Of a stretch of DNA of 64,000 bases, positions 18,020 through 27,733 are shown one piece after another. The notes below the pieces were generated by a model, which was given only the letters and a program-made list of their open reading frames with translations, was not told where the DNA came from and searched no databases. The DNA is taken from positions 222,691 through 286,690 of the forward strand of contig JBFWOO010000003.1 of assembly GCA_050250415.1 (NCBI GenBank). The letters run 5' to 3'. The DNA is from Dehalococcoidia bacterium (lineage in GTDB: Bacteria > Chloroflexota > Dehalococcoidia > UBA2979). The position numbers were made by a program, and so were the translations under genes. The number at the start of each line of letters is the position of its first letter. Positions within the stretch are counted from its first letter, which is position 1.

Positions 18020-19654
18020 CTAGTCCAGCGGCATGCCTCGGTGCGGATCCGGTGGCTTCGGCGTCTCCTCCGGTTCGCGCGCGGGGCGCGAGACCTGCAG
18101 CCACGGCGCCATCAGCTCGACGTCGTCCCGTGGCGCTTCCGGCTCGGAGCGTGGGGGCGGCTCCGGTGCCCGTGTCCGGGGCGGAGCCGGCGCCGGTGCG
18201 CCGGAGCTGTCGGACCAGCCGTCGAGGAACGCGGCATCCCGCTCGGAGACGTCCAGGGGCGTGTACGTGATCGCCTGTGGTTCCGCGCGGGGCGGCGGCG
18301 GTTCTGCCATCAGCCCGTCCGAAGGCGTGAACTCCTGCACCTCCACCCGGGGGCGCGACGGGGCTGGCGCACCGAGACCTTCGGCGTCGGTGCGGGGCGG
18401 CTCCGCGAGCTCGGCAGCGGCGCTCGAGGACGTCCAGACCGTCACAGGCGGATCCTCCTCGGCGTCGTCCGCCAGGAGGTCGACCGGCTCGTGCGCGGAC
18501 TCAGAGCCCGCAACGGCCGCGGCCCGCGCCGTCTCTGGGCGGCTGTCTCGATCGGCGCGTTCCGCGCGATCCGGTCGGTCGCCCGTCTCGCCGGCCCCGG
18601 CAGGGCGAGGCGCGTTCGGCTCGTTGAAGAAGCGCAGCGTGCCCGGCGGCACCGCGACCGCGATGACCTCCTGTGCGTCGGGTGGGTTGAGGTCCCACTC
18701 CCAGCGCACTTCAACCGTGCGCTCGCCGATCCGCAGGTCGAGCAGGTACGTCGGTCCGATCGCCCGCACGCGTTCCACCGTGCCGGCCACCCCGCACCCG
18801 AGACCGGACGACTCCGGCACCCCGAGCATGACCGCCGGGTGAGAGAGCGCCCGCGCGCGGCCCTGGAGTGGGAACCCAACCGGGAACTGCACGGCCCCCG
18901 CGCCCGGCTCGATGATCCACCCCTCGCTCACCTCGCCGCGGATCAGCGTCACGTACCCCACCAGCTCGGCGGCATCGATCGAGCTCGGTCCCGCGAGGAC
19001 ACGGGAGACGCTGCCGGACTGGAGCAGCCGGCCGTCGTGCATCACGTGCAGGTCGTCGGCGATGCCGACGGCGTCCTGCACATCGTTCGTGCTGATGAGC
19101 ACGGGAATCTCCAGCGACTGGAAGACCTCGCGGAGCCGTCCGCGGAACGCGATCCGGTCCACGTCCGGCACGAACCACGTCGGCGACTCCACGAGCAGCG
19201 CAGCCGGCTTCGGCGCGATCGCCCGCGCGAGGATCACCCGTGCCCGCTCGCCCTCCGTCAGCGTGTCCGTCGGGTCGCCCTCGGCGCCGGTCATGCCGAC
19301 GAGCTCGAGCACCTCCGCGACGCGGCGACTGCGGTCGCCCTTCGGCCAGCCGGCGCGCTTCAGTCCGAACTCGATGTTCTCCCGCACGCTCCCGTTGAAC
19401 AGGACTGAGTCACGCTGCACGAGACCGACGTGGCGCTTGTTCGGCGGCAGGTTGTGCACCGGCGTGTCGCCGACGCGGACTTCGCCCCCCGCGGCTGCGT
19501 CGAGGCCCGCGATCGCCCGCATGACGCCGCGGACGCCGGAACCCGGGCGCCCGAACAGCGCGGCCACCTGTCCGTCCGCGACGGTGAACGAGATCGCCTC
19601 GTCCGGCAGGCCGCGCGCGCGGAGCGCGAGCTGTTGCACGTTCAGCGCCGTCAT
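18020..19654 (-). CDS. ABC-transporter ATPase-like protein (FbpC/ModC-type with TOBE domain) whose catalytic motifs are degenerate, plus a ~180-aa Pro/Glu/Ala-rich tail
   Basis: Start MTALNVQQL at 19654, overlapping the permease stop by ATGA. Walker A reads GRPGSGVRG (no Lys), the signature motif reads LTEGER instead of LSGGQ, Walker B reads LLVESP, and the H-loop His is Asn (ISTNDV). TOBE-like region, then a PAPAPP-rich tail. Confidence 0.8.
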   Translation of the reverse strand: MTALNVQQLALRARGLPDEAISFTVADGQVAALFGRPGSGVRGVMRAIAGLDAAAGGEVRVGDTPVHNLPPNKRHVGLVQRDSVLFNGSVRENIEFGLKRAGWPKGDRSRRVAEVLELVGMTGAEGDPTDTLTEGERARVILARAIAPKPAALLVESPTWFVPDVDRIAFRGRLREVFQSLEIPVLISTNDVQDAVGIADDLHVMHDGRLLQSGSVSRVLAGPSSIDAAELVGYVTLIRGEVSEGWIIEPGAGAVQFPVGFPLQGRARALSHPAVMLGVPESSGLGCGVAGTVERVRAIGPTYLLDLRIGERTVEVRWEWDLNPPDAQEVIAVAVPPGTLRFFNEPNAPRPAGAGETGDRPDRAERADRDSRPETARAAAVAGSESAHEPVDLLADDAEEDPPVTVWTSSSAAAELAEPPRTDAEGLGAPAPSRPRVEVQEFTPSDGLMAEPPPPRAEPQAITYTPLDVSERDAAFLDGWSDSSGAPAPAPPRTRAPEPPPRSEPEAPRDDVELMAPWLQVSRPAREPEETPKPPDPHRGMPLD

Positions 19655-21222
19655 CCGGCCTCCACGCGGGCAGCGGCCCGTCTGAGCCACTCGGCCACGC
19701 CGAACGCTACCACTGTCAGGGCTGCGAGCACCGTCCCCAGGGCGTAGACCTCGGGCGGCGTCGCCCCGGCGCCGTCCTCCCAGCCGCGGAGGATCCCCAG
19801 CACGGCCGGAGTCGCTTCCCCGGGCGTGAGCAGGTTCGTCGCCGCCACCTCGCCCGCGGAGATCGCGAACGAGACGAGGGCGGCGCTCATGAGCGTGAGT
19901 AGCGTGCGCCGCCCCATCCAGCGCCAGCGCACCTCCCGCTCGCTGCCGCCCAGGAGCACCGCATCCTCCAGCAGCATCCGCGGTGGCCGCCGGCGCATCG
20001 AGAGCAGCCGGAGGGCGAACGGGTAGGCGATCAGCGCGTGCGCCGCGACCGTCAGGACATACGTCCGTTCGAGGTCGAGCCCGGCGCCCTCCGCGAGCAC
20101 GAGGCCGGCCCAGCCCACGACCGCGCCCGTGAGCGCCGCCGGGAGCACGAGCAGCGCGCGCCCGAGCGCGCCTCGGCGCCCGCCGGTTGGCCGCGCGAAC
20201 GCGGCCGCCCCCAGCCACGCGAGGGTGGTCGCCAGGGCGGCGGCGAGCATGCCGAGGATGCCCGTCCAGGCCAGCAGCCGCAGGCCCTCGTCGCCGGCGA
20301 CGATCGCGTCGGCGACCTCCGCGAGCGCGGACGCCTGCGCCGCCTCCGTTGCCACGGCCACCGCGGGCGCCCAGGTGATCCCGATCAGGGCGAGGAGGTA
20401 GATCGCGCCCAGCGCGACGATCGCCCGCGGCGCCCGGCCCCGGCGCCCGGTGGGGCGTGGCCAGCGCGTCCCGCCGAGCGCGAGCACGATGGCGCCGAGG
20501 ACAAACTGGGCGAGGGCGACGCTCCCGGACTCGGCAGCGAGGGCGTCGCTCACCTCGGGCCGCGCGATCGTCGGAGGCTCCCCGAACGCGAGTGTCGATT
20601 CCAGCGTCGTCGCGTCGCCGCCGCCGAGGACCGTGACGGTCGCCGCGCCGGCGAAGGCGTACCAGAACGCGAGCGCCGCCGCCGCCCGGACCGCGCCCGG
20701 CAGCTGCCGGCCCGTGCCGGCGAGGAAGGCGCTCCAGGCGCCGGCGCCCAGCAGCCGCGCGTCCTCGGTGGCGTGACGGTCGCCGGACGCCCATGCGGGG
20801 GCGACGAGCCACGTCACCACCGCGCATGCGAAGACGGAGTGAGCGGCCACCACGAGCACGCGCGGGAGGATCTCACCGCCCGCGAGGAGGTCGAGGCCGA
20901 GTGCGACGACCACGCCCGGGATGGCGATCGGCGCGGCCAGCAGGAACCCGAGGAGCCCGCGCGCCGGCAGCCCGTGGCGGCTCAGCAGCCACGATGCCGG
21001 CAGTCCGGCGGCGAGTCCGATGGCCGCCGCGGCGGCGGCCTGGGCGATCGAGAAGGTCAGGCGGTCGAGGACGTCGCGGTCCGCGAGGAGGTCCTCCGCC
21101 GCATCGGGCGCGTCGAGGACGCCGAGGGTGAGGAAGGCGACGGTCGCGCCGAGGGCAGCGACCATCAGCAGGACGGCAACGACCGTCCTGGCGGTCGACC
21201 GGCTCGAGCCGAACTCAAACAC
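19651..21222 (-). CDS. ABC transporter permease, fused two-domain type (FbpB/ThiP-like, ~12 TM)
   Basis: 523-aa polytopic membrane protein with two internally repeated permease halves. Translationally coupled to the downstream ATPase-like gene. Confidence 0.8.
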   Translation of the reverse strand: MFEFGSSRSTARTVVAVLLMVAALGATVAFLTLGVLDAPDAAEDLLADRDVLDRLTFSIAQAAAAAAIGLAAGLPASWLLSRHGLPARGLLGFLLAAPIAIPGVVVALGLDLLAGGEILPRVLVVAAHSVFACAVVTWLVAPAWASGDRHATEDARLLGAGAWSAFLAGTGRQLPGAVRAAAALAFWYAFAGAATVTVLGGGDATTLESTLAFGEPPTIARPEVSDALAAESGSVALAQFVLGAIVLALGGTRWPRPTGRRGRAPRAIVALGAIYLLALIGITWAPAVAVATEAAQASALAEVADAIVAGDEGLRLLAWTGILGMLAAALATTLAWLGAAAFARPTGGRRGALGRALLVLPAALTGAVVGWAGLVLAEGAGLDLERTYVLTVAAHALIAYPFALRLLSMRRRPPRMLLEDAVLLGGSEREVRWRWMGRRTLLTLMSAALVSFAISAGEVAATNLLTPGEATPAVLGILRGWEDGAGATPPEVYALGTVLAALTVVAFGVAEWLRRAAARVEAG

Positions 21223-21311
21223 GGGGTGGCCGATCCCTCATGCCCCCCTCCGCCGCTACGCGCATCCTGCCCCGTGCGGGGTGCCTGCGTCCAGTCCACG
21301 CGGACTGGACG

Positions 21312-22634
21312 CTAGTCGAGGTTGCGCAATCGGGGGACAAAAATCAGCGCGCCGAACGCCAGCACCACGAGCGCGGCCGAGGTCGACCCCAGCGCCATCC
21401 TCGGCCCGAACGCCTCCGCGAGCAGGCCGGTCAGGAACGCACCGATCTGCGACAGCGAGAACTGGAGCATATAGACGCTCATCACGCGGCCCCGGTACTC
21501 CTCCTGCACATACTCCTGCACGAGCACGTTCGAGAGACCCTGGCGCGCGGCCTGGCCGATGCCCATGAGCAGCATGAACCCGCCCATCATCCACACCGAC
21601 GTGGAGAGCGAGAACGCGGCCAGCAGCATCAGCCCCTGGAAGCCGGACCCGATGAGGAACCACGCGCCGCGGCGCTTCGCCGTCATCGACGCGACCGCGA
21701 GGGCGGCAGCGAGCGATCCGATGCCGCTCACGCTCTGGAGCGTGCCCAGCGCGTCCGCCTCCGCGTTCAGGACGTCCTGGACGAATCCGGCGAGCAGGAA
21801 CATGTACGGCATCGCCGTCAGCACCACGAGCACGTTGATCAGGAGCAGCGGACCGAGGATCGGGTCGCGCACGATGTAGGCGATCCCGCTGCCCATGTTG
21901 TTCCACGCCGCGGAGACCTCGCCGCGCACGCTCCCCGCCTTCACGATCTCACGGGGAAGCTCCGGGACGCGCCACAGGAACACGCAGGCCAGCAGGTAGA
22001 GGGACGACATCAGGAAGTAGACGGCGCTCGCCCCTGAGTAGGCGAGCACGAAGCCGCCGATGGCCGGCGCGATCAGCCGCATCGAGTTCATGCCCGCGGC
22101 GTTCAGCGCCACCGCGTTCATCATCACCGAGCCCGGGACGAGGCCCGGGATCAGCGACTGCCGCGAGGGCATCATGATCGCCATGGTGATCCCCTGGATC
22201 ACGGCCGCGGCGAAGAGGTATTCGAACGTCAGCAGGTCGGTCACGAGCAGGACGCCGACGCCGGCGGTATTGAGCGCGTTGGCGACCTGTCCGATCTGGA
22301 TGATGAGCTTGCGGCTCGACACCCGGTCCGCGATCGCGCCGCCGAGCATCGAGAGCACCAGGCCCGGGATCGCGTTCGCGAGCGCGATGACGCCGAGCGC
22401 CGCGTACGAGCCGGTCAGCTCGAAGGTCAGCCACGCCCGCACGACCATCTGCATGTTCTGCGAGGCCATCTGGCCCAGCATCGCCAGGAAGAAGTTGCGG
22501 TAGCCCAGGTAGCCGATCGACTGGAACGTGCGGATGCGCGTGAACCAGTTGCGCGAGGGCGGCGGGAATGCCGACTCCGGGAGTGGCTCTCCACCTCGAG
22601 GCGGACGACGCCCGCCCATCGCCGCGCCGCCCAT
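21312..22634 (-). CDS. MFS transporter (MFS_3/EntS-like)
   Basis: 12-TM hydropathy pattern with GGAIADRV... and NAAGMNSMRLIAPAIGG motifs. Start uncertain (22634 or 22619); the 669-aa track ORF is read-through. Confidence 0.75.
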   Translation of the reverse strand: MGGAAMGGRRPPRGGEPLPESAFPPPSRNWFTRIRTFQSIGYLGYRNFFLAMLGQMASQNMQMVVRAWLTFELTGSYAALGVIALANAIPGLVLSMLGGAIADRVSSRKLIIQIGQVANALNTAGVGVLLVTDLLTFEYLFAAAVIQGITMAIMMPSRQSLIPGLVPGSVMMNAVALNAAGMNSMRLIAPAIGGFVLAYSGASAVYFLMSSLYLLACVFLWRVPELPREIVKAGSVRGEVSAAWNNMGSGIAYIVRDPILGPLLLINVLVVLTAMPYMFLLAGFVQDVLNAEADALGTLQSVSGIGSLAAALAVASMTAKRRGAWFLIGSGFQGLMLLAAFSLSTSVWMMGGFMLLMGIGQAARQGLSNVLVQEYVQEEYRGRVMSVYMLQFSLSQIGAFLTGLLAEAFGPRMALGSTSAALVVLAFGALIFVPRLRNLD

Positions 22635-22878
22635 GGCTGCGGCGGGGCGCCCGTTCGTCGTGGTCGCGGTACCTGTGGAAGCCGCCTCGGCTGCTGCCGG
22701 GGGGCGGTCTGTCAGCCCACTGCTCACGGATCGCTCCCCGAGGGCGTCTCGGCTGGTGGGGTGCCGGACGAACCCTGACGTTCGCGGTAAGGCCAGCAGA
22801 CTAGCGGGAAGCGTCCCGCCTGTCACGAGGCCGCGTCTGGCACGTGGTGCCAACCATCCACGCCACGCGTCGGTTCCC

Positions 22879-23490
22879 CTAGCGCAGGTCTGGGTCCGGC
22901 GGCTGCAGCCCGAACAACGACCAGCCGGGCCGTTGCGGCATCGCCATCGACCCTCGCTCGACCTCGAGCCCATAGGTCGAGGTCGCCCGCAGCGCCTTGT
23001 CGATCGCCCAGCGCGAGAGGCCCTGCACGGCCTCCATCTGCGCCATCTCGTCCACCGAGTAGAACCCCGCGCCGATGATCTCGTCGTCGTCCCACTTCGG
23101 GTCGCCCTCGACGTAGTCGAGGCGGAAGACGACGTAGATGTTGGTGCTCGGCCCGCCCGCCGTCCCGCCGATCGAGTGCCGGAAGGCGATCGCGTCACGC
23201 GCCTTCGCAACCACCCCCGCCTCCTCCAGCACCTCGCGCTCCACCGCCTCCAGGATCGGCTCGTCGTGCTCGACGTAGCCGCCGGGGAGTTGCCAGGAGC
23301 CGCGGAACGGCTCCCAGCCACGCTGGACGAGGAGCGCCCTGTCGTCGCGGATCACGACCCCGGCGCACCCGATCGAGAAGTTCCCGAAGTGGATGAACCC
23401 GCAGCCGTCCGTGTCGGGGCACGCCAGCCGCTCGCGGCCGCCGTCCTCCCGCGTCGTCAGTGGCTGGGTGCAGTTCGGGCAGTAGCGCAT
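22879..23490 (-). CDS. NUDIX hydrolase with N-terminal zinc ribbon (NudC-like architecture)
   Basis: CPNC...CPDTDGC zinc ribbon, then Nudix box GGYVEHDEPILEAVEREVLEEAG. Confidence 0.8.
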   Translation of the reverse strand: MRYCPNCTQPLTTREDGGRERLACPDTDGCGFIHFGNFSIGCAGVVIRDDRALLVQRGWEPFRGSWQLPGGYVEHDEPILEAVEREVLEEAGVVAKARDAIAFRHSIGGTAGGPSTNIYVVFRLDYVEGDPKWDDDEIIGAGFYSVDEMAQMEAVQGLSRWAIDKALRATSTYGLEVERGSMAMPQRPGWSLFGLQPPDPDLR

Positions 23491-23536
23491 CTCATCCCCC
23501 TCGATCGCCGTCGGCCGATCGGGGGAGTTCTACGCC

Positions 23537-24676
23537 CTACAGCCGCCCACTGTCGAACTCCACGATGCCGCGAGCCACGGTCAGCCGGAGGATGTCCGAG
23601 GCGCCGCCGGCCAGCCGCATCGAGCGCACCCGGCGGTACATCGCCTCCAGCGGGTGCCCGACGATCAGCGACTGCCCACCGACGAGCTGCACGGCCGTGT
23701 CGATGACGCGCGAGGCGACCTCCGTGCAGAACACCTTGGTCGCTGCGCCCTCGTTGATCGCCTCGTCGCCGGACTCCAGCAGGCGCGCGGTGCGGTAGAG
23801 CATCGACCGTGCGGCGTAGGTGTCGATACGCATGTCCGAGTAGCGCAGCCGCACACCCTCACGGTCGGCGAGCCGGCGCCCCTCGGGGCCCCCCGTGATG
23901 TGCTTCGTGGTGAAGTTCACGGTCCAGATCGCCATGCCGCAGGCCGAGGCCGCAGACGCCACCCGCTCCTCGCTGATGTTCCCCATCGCGCGCGGCATGC
24001 CCTCGCCCACCGCGCCGAGGAGGTTCGCCTGCGGGACGCGCGCCTGCTCGAACTGCAGCTCGACGTGCCCGCCGCCCTCCATGCTCCGGAAGTCGCGCGT
24101 GATCGAGACACCCGGCGTGTCGGAGTCGATGAGCAGCATCGCCGTTCCGGCGGGACCGTCGCCCTCCTCGACGTTCACCATCGTCGCGAAGAAGTCCGCC
24201 GTCGCGCCGCCGGTGACGAAGGACTTCTTCCCGGTGACCAGGAAGTCGCTCCCGTCGCGCACCGCCCACGTCGGCTTGTCCGGCGCGCCGGGGCCGCGCG
24301 ACTCGGTGAAGGCGAAGGACCAGCTCTTCTCCCCCGCGAGCACCGGCTCGAGGTAGCGCGTGCGCACGTCGCCCTCGGCGCGGCGGAGCAGCTGCGGGTC
24401 GGGGCCGAAGACGTAGCGCGCCAGGGGCGTGTTCCCGGCGGCCAGCGTCTCCCGCGCCACCACCATCGCGAGCGGGCCCGCCTCGGAGCCGCCGATGTCA
24501 TGCGGCTGCGTCATCCCGAAGAACCCGAGCGCCTTCGACCGTTCCCGTACCTGCGCGCGGACATCCTCGGGGGCCGAGTCGCCGTCGAGCCGCGCCCCGA
24601 GCGGCCGGATCTCCTCGATGAACGCCTCGAGGCGCGCGCGCAGGTCGACCAGGTCAGCGGGCAGTGAATCCGGCAC
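23537..24676 (-). CDS. Acyl-CoA dehydrogenase family protein
   Basis: ACAD N-terminal, middle and C-terminal domain motifs (…FAFTESRGPG…, …GGQSLIVGHPLEAMYRRVRSMRLAGGASDI…). Confidence 0.85.
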   Translation of the reverse strand: MPDSLPADLVDLRARLEAFIEEIRPLGARLDGDSAPEDVRAQVRERSKALGFFGMTQPHDIGGSEAGPLAMVVARETLAAGNTPLARYVFGPDPQLLRRAEGDVRTRYLEPVLAGEKSWSFAFTESRGPGAPDKPTWAVRDGSDFLVTGKKSFVTGGATADFFATMVNVEEGDGPAGTAMLLIDSDTPGVSITRDFRSMEGGGHVELQFEQARVPQANLLGAVGEGMPRAMGNISEERVASAASACGMAIWTVNFTTKHITGGPEGRRLADREGVRLRYSDMRIDTYAARSMLYRTARLLESGDEAINEGAATKVFCTEVASRVIDTAVQLVGGQSLIVGHPLEAMYRRVRSMRLAGGASDILRLTVARGIVEFDSGRL

Positions 24677-24742
24677 GGTGGCTCCTTCTCGCGCCCACGC
24701 CGGCGTCCGATGCGGCGTCGCGGTCAGGTGGGCGAGCGGAGG

Positions 24743-25006
24743 CTACCGCTTCGGGTGTCCGTGCTCCAACTCGTACGCCGCCGCCACGTGCTGCTGGTCG
24801 TCGCGCTCGATGTCCCGTGGCCCGCCGTCGCCCGGCGGCGGGTCGTGCGGCTCGCCGTGCTCGACGTGGAACATCTCGTTCGCCATCGGCGAACCGGGGT
24901 TCGGCAGGAACGGGAGGACGCGCGTCAGGAGCCCCGCGCGGTGGAGGAACCCGCCGACCACCCAGGCCAGCGCTGCGCCGCCTACCAGCCACCTCAGCGT
25001 CTTCAT
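24743..25006 (-). CDS. Small membrane-anchored hypothetical protein
   Basis: N-terminal TM helix (LRWLVGGAALAWVVGGFL), then an acidic His-containing tail. Confidence 0.4.
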   Translation of the reverse strand: MKTLRWLVGGAALAWVVGGFLHRAGLLTRVLPFLPNPGSPMANEMFHVEHGEPHDPPPGDGGPRDIERDDQQHVAAAYELEHGHPKR

Positions 25007-25116
25007 CCGGGACCCCCTTCGGCCGCCCAGGCTCGTGAGGGCATCCTGTCACCGTGGGGCACGCCGCGGCACCGCCGCGCGTCCCCCGGGGGTGGGACCT
25101 TCGGCCGGGACTCCGG

Positions 25117-25761
25117 TCAGGCGCGCGCCGCCACCGGGCGTTCGAGGTACGCCCGCAGCGAGGCGGCCAGCGCCGCTGCCTCGTCCCGCTCGGCGCGGAG
25201 CCCCTCGATCTCCCGCTCGAGCTCGTCGATCCGTCCCGAGCGCCGGGACTCCTCTGCCACCGCCTCCGCCAGCGCCCGCGCGAACACGGCGCGCGTGCCG
25301 TCGTCGCCACTGGCGCCCTTCGACGCCGTCACGGGGGCTCCCCCGGGGGCCGGCTTCTCCGCCGTCTCGGCCTTCGCGACCGGAGCGGCGGAAGTCACCG
25401 GGCCGTCTGGAGTGGGGGTCGAGGTGGGCGCCGGCTCCGCCTTCGCGACCGGCGTCGGAGGAGACGGCAGAGTCGCGGAAGTCGCCGGGGTGACCGCCTG
25501 GGGCGCTGCGGGAGTCACCGCCTGGGTCACCGCAGGGGGGACCGCGGCCGGCGCCTCGGGCGCGGCGGACGCCACCGGTGGCGAGGAGGGTGATGAGGAC
25601 GGCGCGGAGCTCGAGGCTGCCTCGCCGAGGGCGCCGAGCGCGCTCAGACGGCCTACGGCCGCCTCGCGCTCAGGCGTCGAGCTGTTCGCGGACTTGTCTG
25701 ACCAGAACGCCACAGGACACTCCTCGCCTCGCGCACGCCATCGACGTGCCCCGCCACCCAT
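25117..25761 (-). CDS. Pro/Ala/Thr-rich low-complexity protein with C-terminal coiled coil
   Basis: Long PAPT-rich segment, then IDELEREIEGLRAERDEAAALAASLRAYLERP. Start tentatively at MGGGARRW (25761); the track ORF extends into the 13-bp tandem repeat upstream. Confidence 0.4.
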   Translation of the reverse strand: MGGGARRWRARGEECPVAFWSDKSANSSTPEREAAVGRLSALGALGEAASSSAPSSSPSSPPVASAAPEAPAAVPPAVTQAVTPAAPQAVTPATSATLPSPPTPVAKAEPAPTSTPTPDGPVTSAAPVAKAETAEKPAPGGAPVTASKGASGDDGTRAVFARALAEAVAEESRRSGRIDELEREIEGLRAERDEAAALAASLRAYLERPVAARA

Positions 25762-25782
25762 CGGGCGGGGCCATCTGGTGGC

Positions 25783-25847
25783 GCCGTCGTGCGCTGCCGT
25801 CGTGCGCTGCCATCGTGCGGTGCCATCGTGCGGTGCCATCGTGCCCT
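25783..25847. repeat. Five tandem copies of a 13-bp unit (GCCGTCGTGCGCT / GCCATCGTGCGGT)
   Basis: Direct inspection: perfect and near-perfect 13-bp units end to end at 25783-25847. Confidence 0.9.
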
Positions 25848-25932
25848 GCCCCCGCGGCGTGCGAGGCGGGCGATTCGCGAAGAAGTGTGGAAATTGGTGG
25901 AAGCGGCGGCTTCCGGCGCGCGCCGTCCGGCG

Positions 25933-27558
25933 CTACGAGGGCAGTGCGTCCTCGATCTGGGCGGCCAGCGCGACGGTGTCCTGGGTGCCGTCGAGGTGGA
26001 GCACGTTCCCCTCGCGGCTCGTCACCGGCTCGAACTCGGCGAGGTGACGCCGGTACGCCTCCGGGTCGGTGACGTCGCCCTTTTCCCGCTCGCGCCACTG
26101 CACGCGTGTGAGCGCCGCCTCGTCCGAGAGCCGCAGCTCGACGACGAGCGCGGGGACGCCCAGCTCGCGCGCGAGTTCGAGCGCCGCCTGCCGGTCGGCC
26201 GCGCGGCGGTGGGTGCCGTCGAGGATCACGGGGCGTCCGTGCCGCAGGTGCTCCCGTGCCCGCCGTCGCATCTCCTGATACACCGCGACGTTCATCTCCG
26301 GCGAGTAGGCGCCGGCCTCGTACTCCTGCCACATCGCCGTTGAGAGTCCGCGCTCCGCCGCGACCGCCGCGCGCACCGCGTCGGTGGAGACGAGGGCAGC
26401 GCCGATCCGGCCCGCGAGCACCCCACCGACGCTGGTCTTGCCGGTGCCGGAGACGCCGCAGAGCACGGCCAGCACCGGGCCCCGCTGCCGCTCCGCGTAC
26501 CGCGACGCCAGGCGGAAGTACGCGGCGGCGGAGTCGGCCAGCGCCTGCCGCTCCGCGGCGCTCATGCCTGCGTCATTCGCCCCGATCGACTCCACCTTGC
26601 CGCGCACGAACGCGCGGAACGCGCGGTGCAGCGGCTGGAGGACGCCCATGGTCTCGTCGCCCTTGAGCGCGATGTAGCGCCCCGCGATCGCGTCGCCCAG
26701 CTCGCGCTCGCCACGCGCCTCCAGGTCCATGGCGAGGAAGGCGACATCGTAGGAGACGTCCAGGTAGCGGAAGTGGAACCACTCCGTGAACTCGATGCAG
26801 TCGACGATCGCGATGCCGTCGTCTGCTTCCGTCGCGTCACGGAGCACGTAGATGTGCTTCGCGTGGAGGTCGCCGTGCCCCTCCACGACCTTCCCGGCCG
26901 CGAGCCGCTCGTTGAACAGCTCGGCCTGCGCCTCCAGCGAGCGGTCGATGAACGCCCGCAGCGCCAGGGCGTCCTCGGCCCGCCACGTGCCGCCAATGTT
27001 CCCCTCCGCCTCGCGGTACTCGCGCGCCCACCAGGCGCGCTCAGCCGGGGCGCCGGCGAACGCCGGGTCGTACTCCACCTGACGCGCGTCCGCGTGGAAC
27101 GCCGCGAGCTTCCGCGCGAGCCGCTCCACGATGTCCTCGGGGTACGCGTCCGGCAGCAGCCGGTCCAGCGTGCGGTCCTCGGGGAGGCGCCGCATCTTCA
27201 CGGCCCACTCCACCACCCGCTCGCCGTCGCGGACCGGGCCCTCGATGCGGAAGCCGCCGTCGGCGGTCTCGACGATCGGGACCACCTCGAGGTAGACGTC
27301 GGGTGCGAGCCGGCGGTTGAGGTCGACCTCCAGGTGGCAGAACGCCTCGCGGGTCTTGGGGTCGATCTGGTCGATGAAGCCGAAGTCCACCGGCTTCTTC
27401 GCCTTGTAGACCAGGTCGTCCGCGATCCAGACGTAGGAGATGTGCGTCTGCACCAACCGCACCGAGGCGGGCGTGTGCGCGTAGGCGGACGGGCTCATCA
27501 GCCCGCGCACGAACGGCGGAAGCGACTCCGACAGCGGGGGAGGTTCGTCGCCGTCCAT
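25933..27558 (-). CDS. Bifunctional aminoglycoside-phosphotransferase-like kinase / P-loop (AAA_33-type) ATP-binding protein
   Basis: N-terminal APH/ePK-like fold with HGDLHAKHIYVL, IVDCIEF and a DVSYD region. C-terminal GVSGTGKTSV Walker A and ILDGTHRRAADRQ. Confidence 0.8.
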   Translation of the reverse strand: MDGDEPPPLSESLPPFVRGLMSPSAYAHTPASVRLVQTHISYVWIADDLVYKAKKPVDFGFIDQIDPKTREAFCHLEVDLNRRLAPDVYLEVVPIVETADGGFRIEGPVRDGERVVEWAVKMRRLPEDRTLDRLLPDAYPEDIVERLARKLAAFHADARQVEYDPAFAGAPAERAWWAREYREAEGNIGGTWRAEDALALRAFIDRSLEAQAELFNERLAAGKVVEGHGDLHAKHIYVLRDATEADDGIAIVDCIEFTEWFHFRYLDVSYDVAFLAMDLEARGERELGDAIAGRYIALKGDETMGVLQPLHRAFRAFVRGKVESIGANDAGMSAAERQALADSAAAYFRLASRYAERQRGPVLAVLCGVSGTGKTSVGGVLAGRIGAALVSTDAVRAAVAAERGLSTAMWQEYEAGAYSPEMNVAVYQEMRRRAREHLRHGRPVILDGTHRRAADRQAALELARELGVPALVVELRLSDEAALTRVQWREREKGDVTDPEAYRRHLAEFEPVTSREGNVLHLDGTQDTVALAAQIEDALPS

Positions 27559-27733
27559 CCAGCCGACGGTAGGCAGCGCGGGGATCGAGGGTCAAGCGGG
27601 TGCGGGTGCCACGCGGGTTCTCGGCGCCGTCTCGAGAGGGCGTTCCGGGCGGACGCTCGCGCGAGGCGGGCGCACGCGCTATCACCAGTGTGACCCCCGC
27701 GCGCCGGCGGGAGCGCACTCAGGAGTCCGTGTC

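Noticed and set aside
18020-20827. 935-aa merged ORF spanning ATPase and part of the permease region
   Set aside because: The conserved ABC-ATPase alignment begins at MTALNVQQL (19654), which overlaps the permease stop by ATGA. Upstream residues are out-of-frame read-through of the permease gene.
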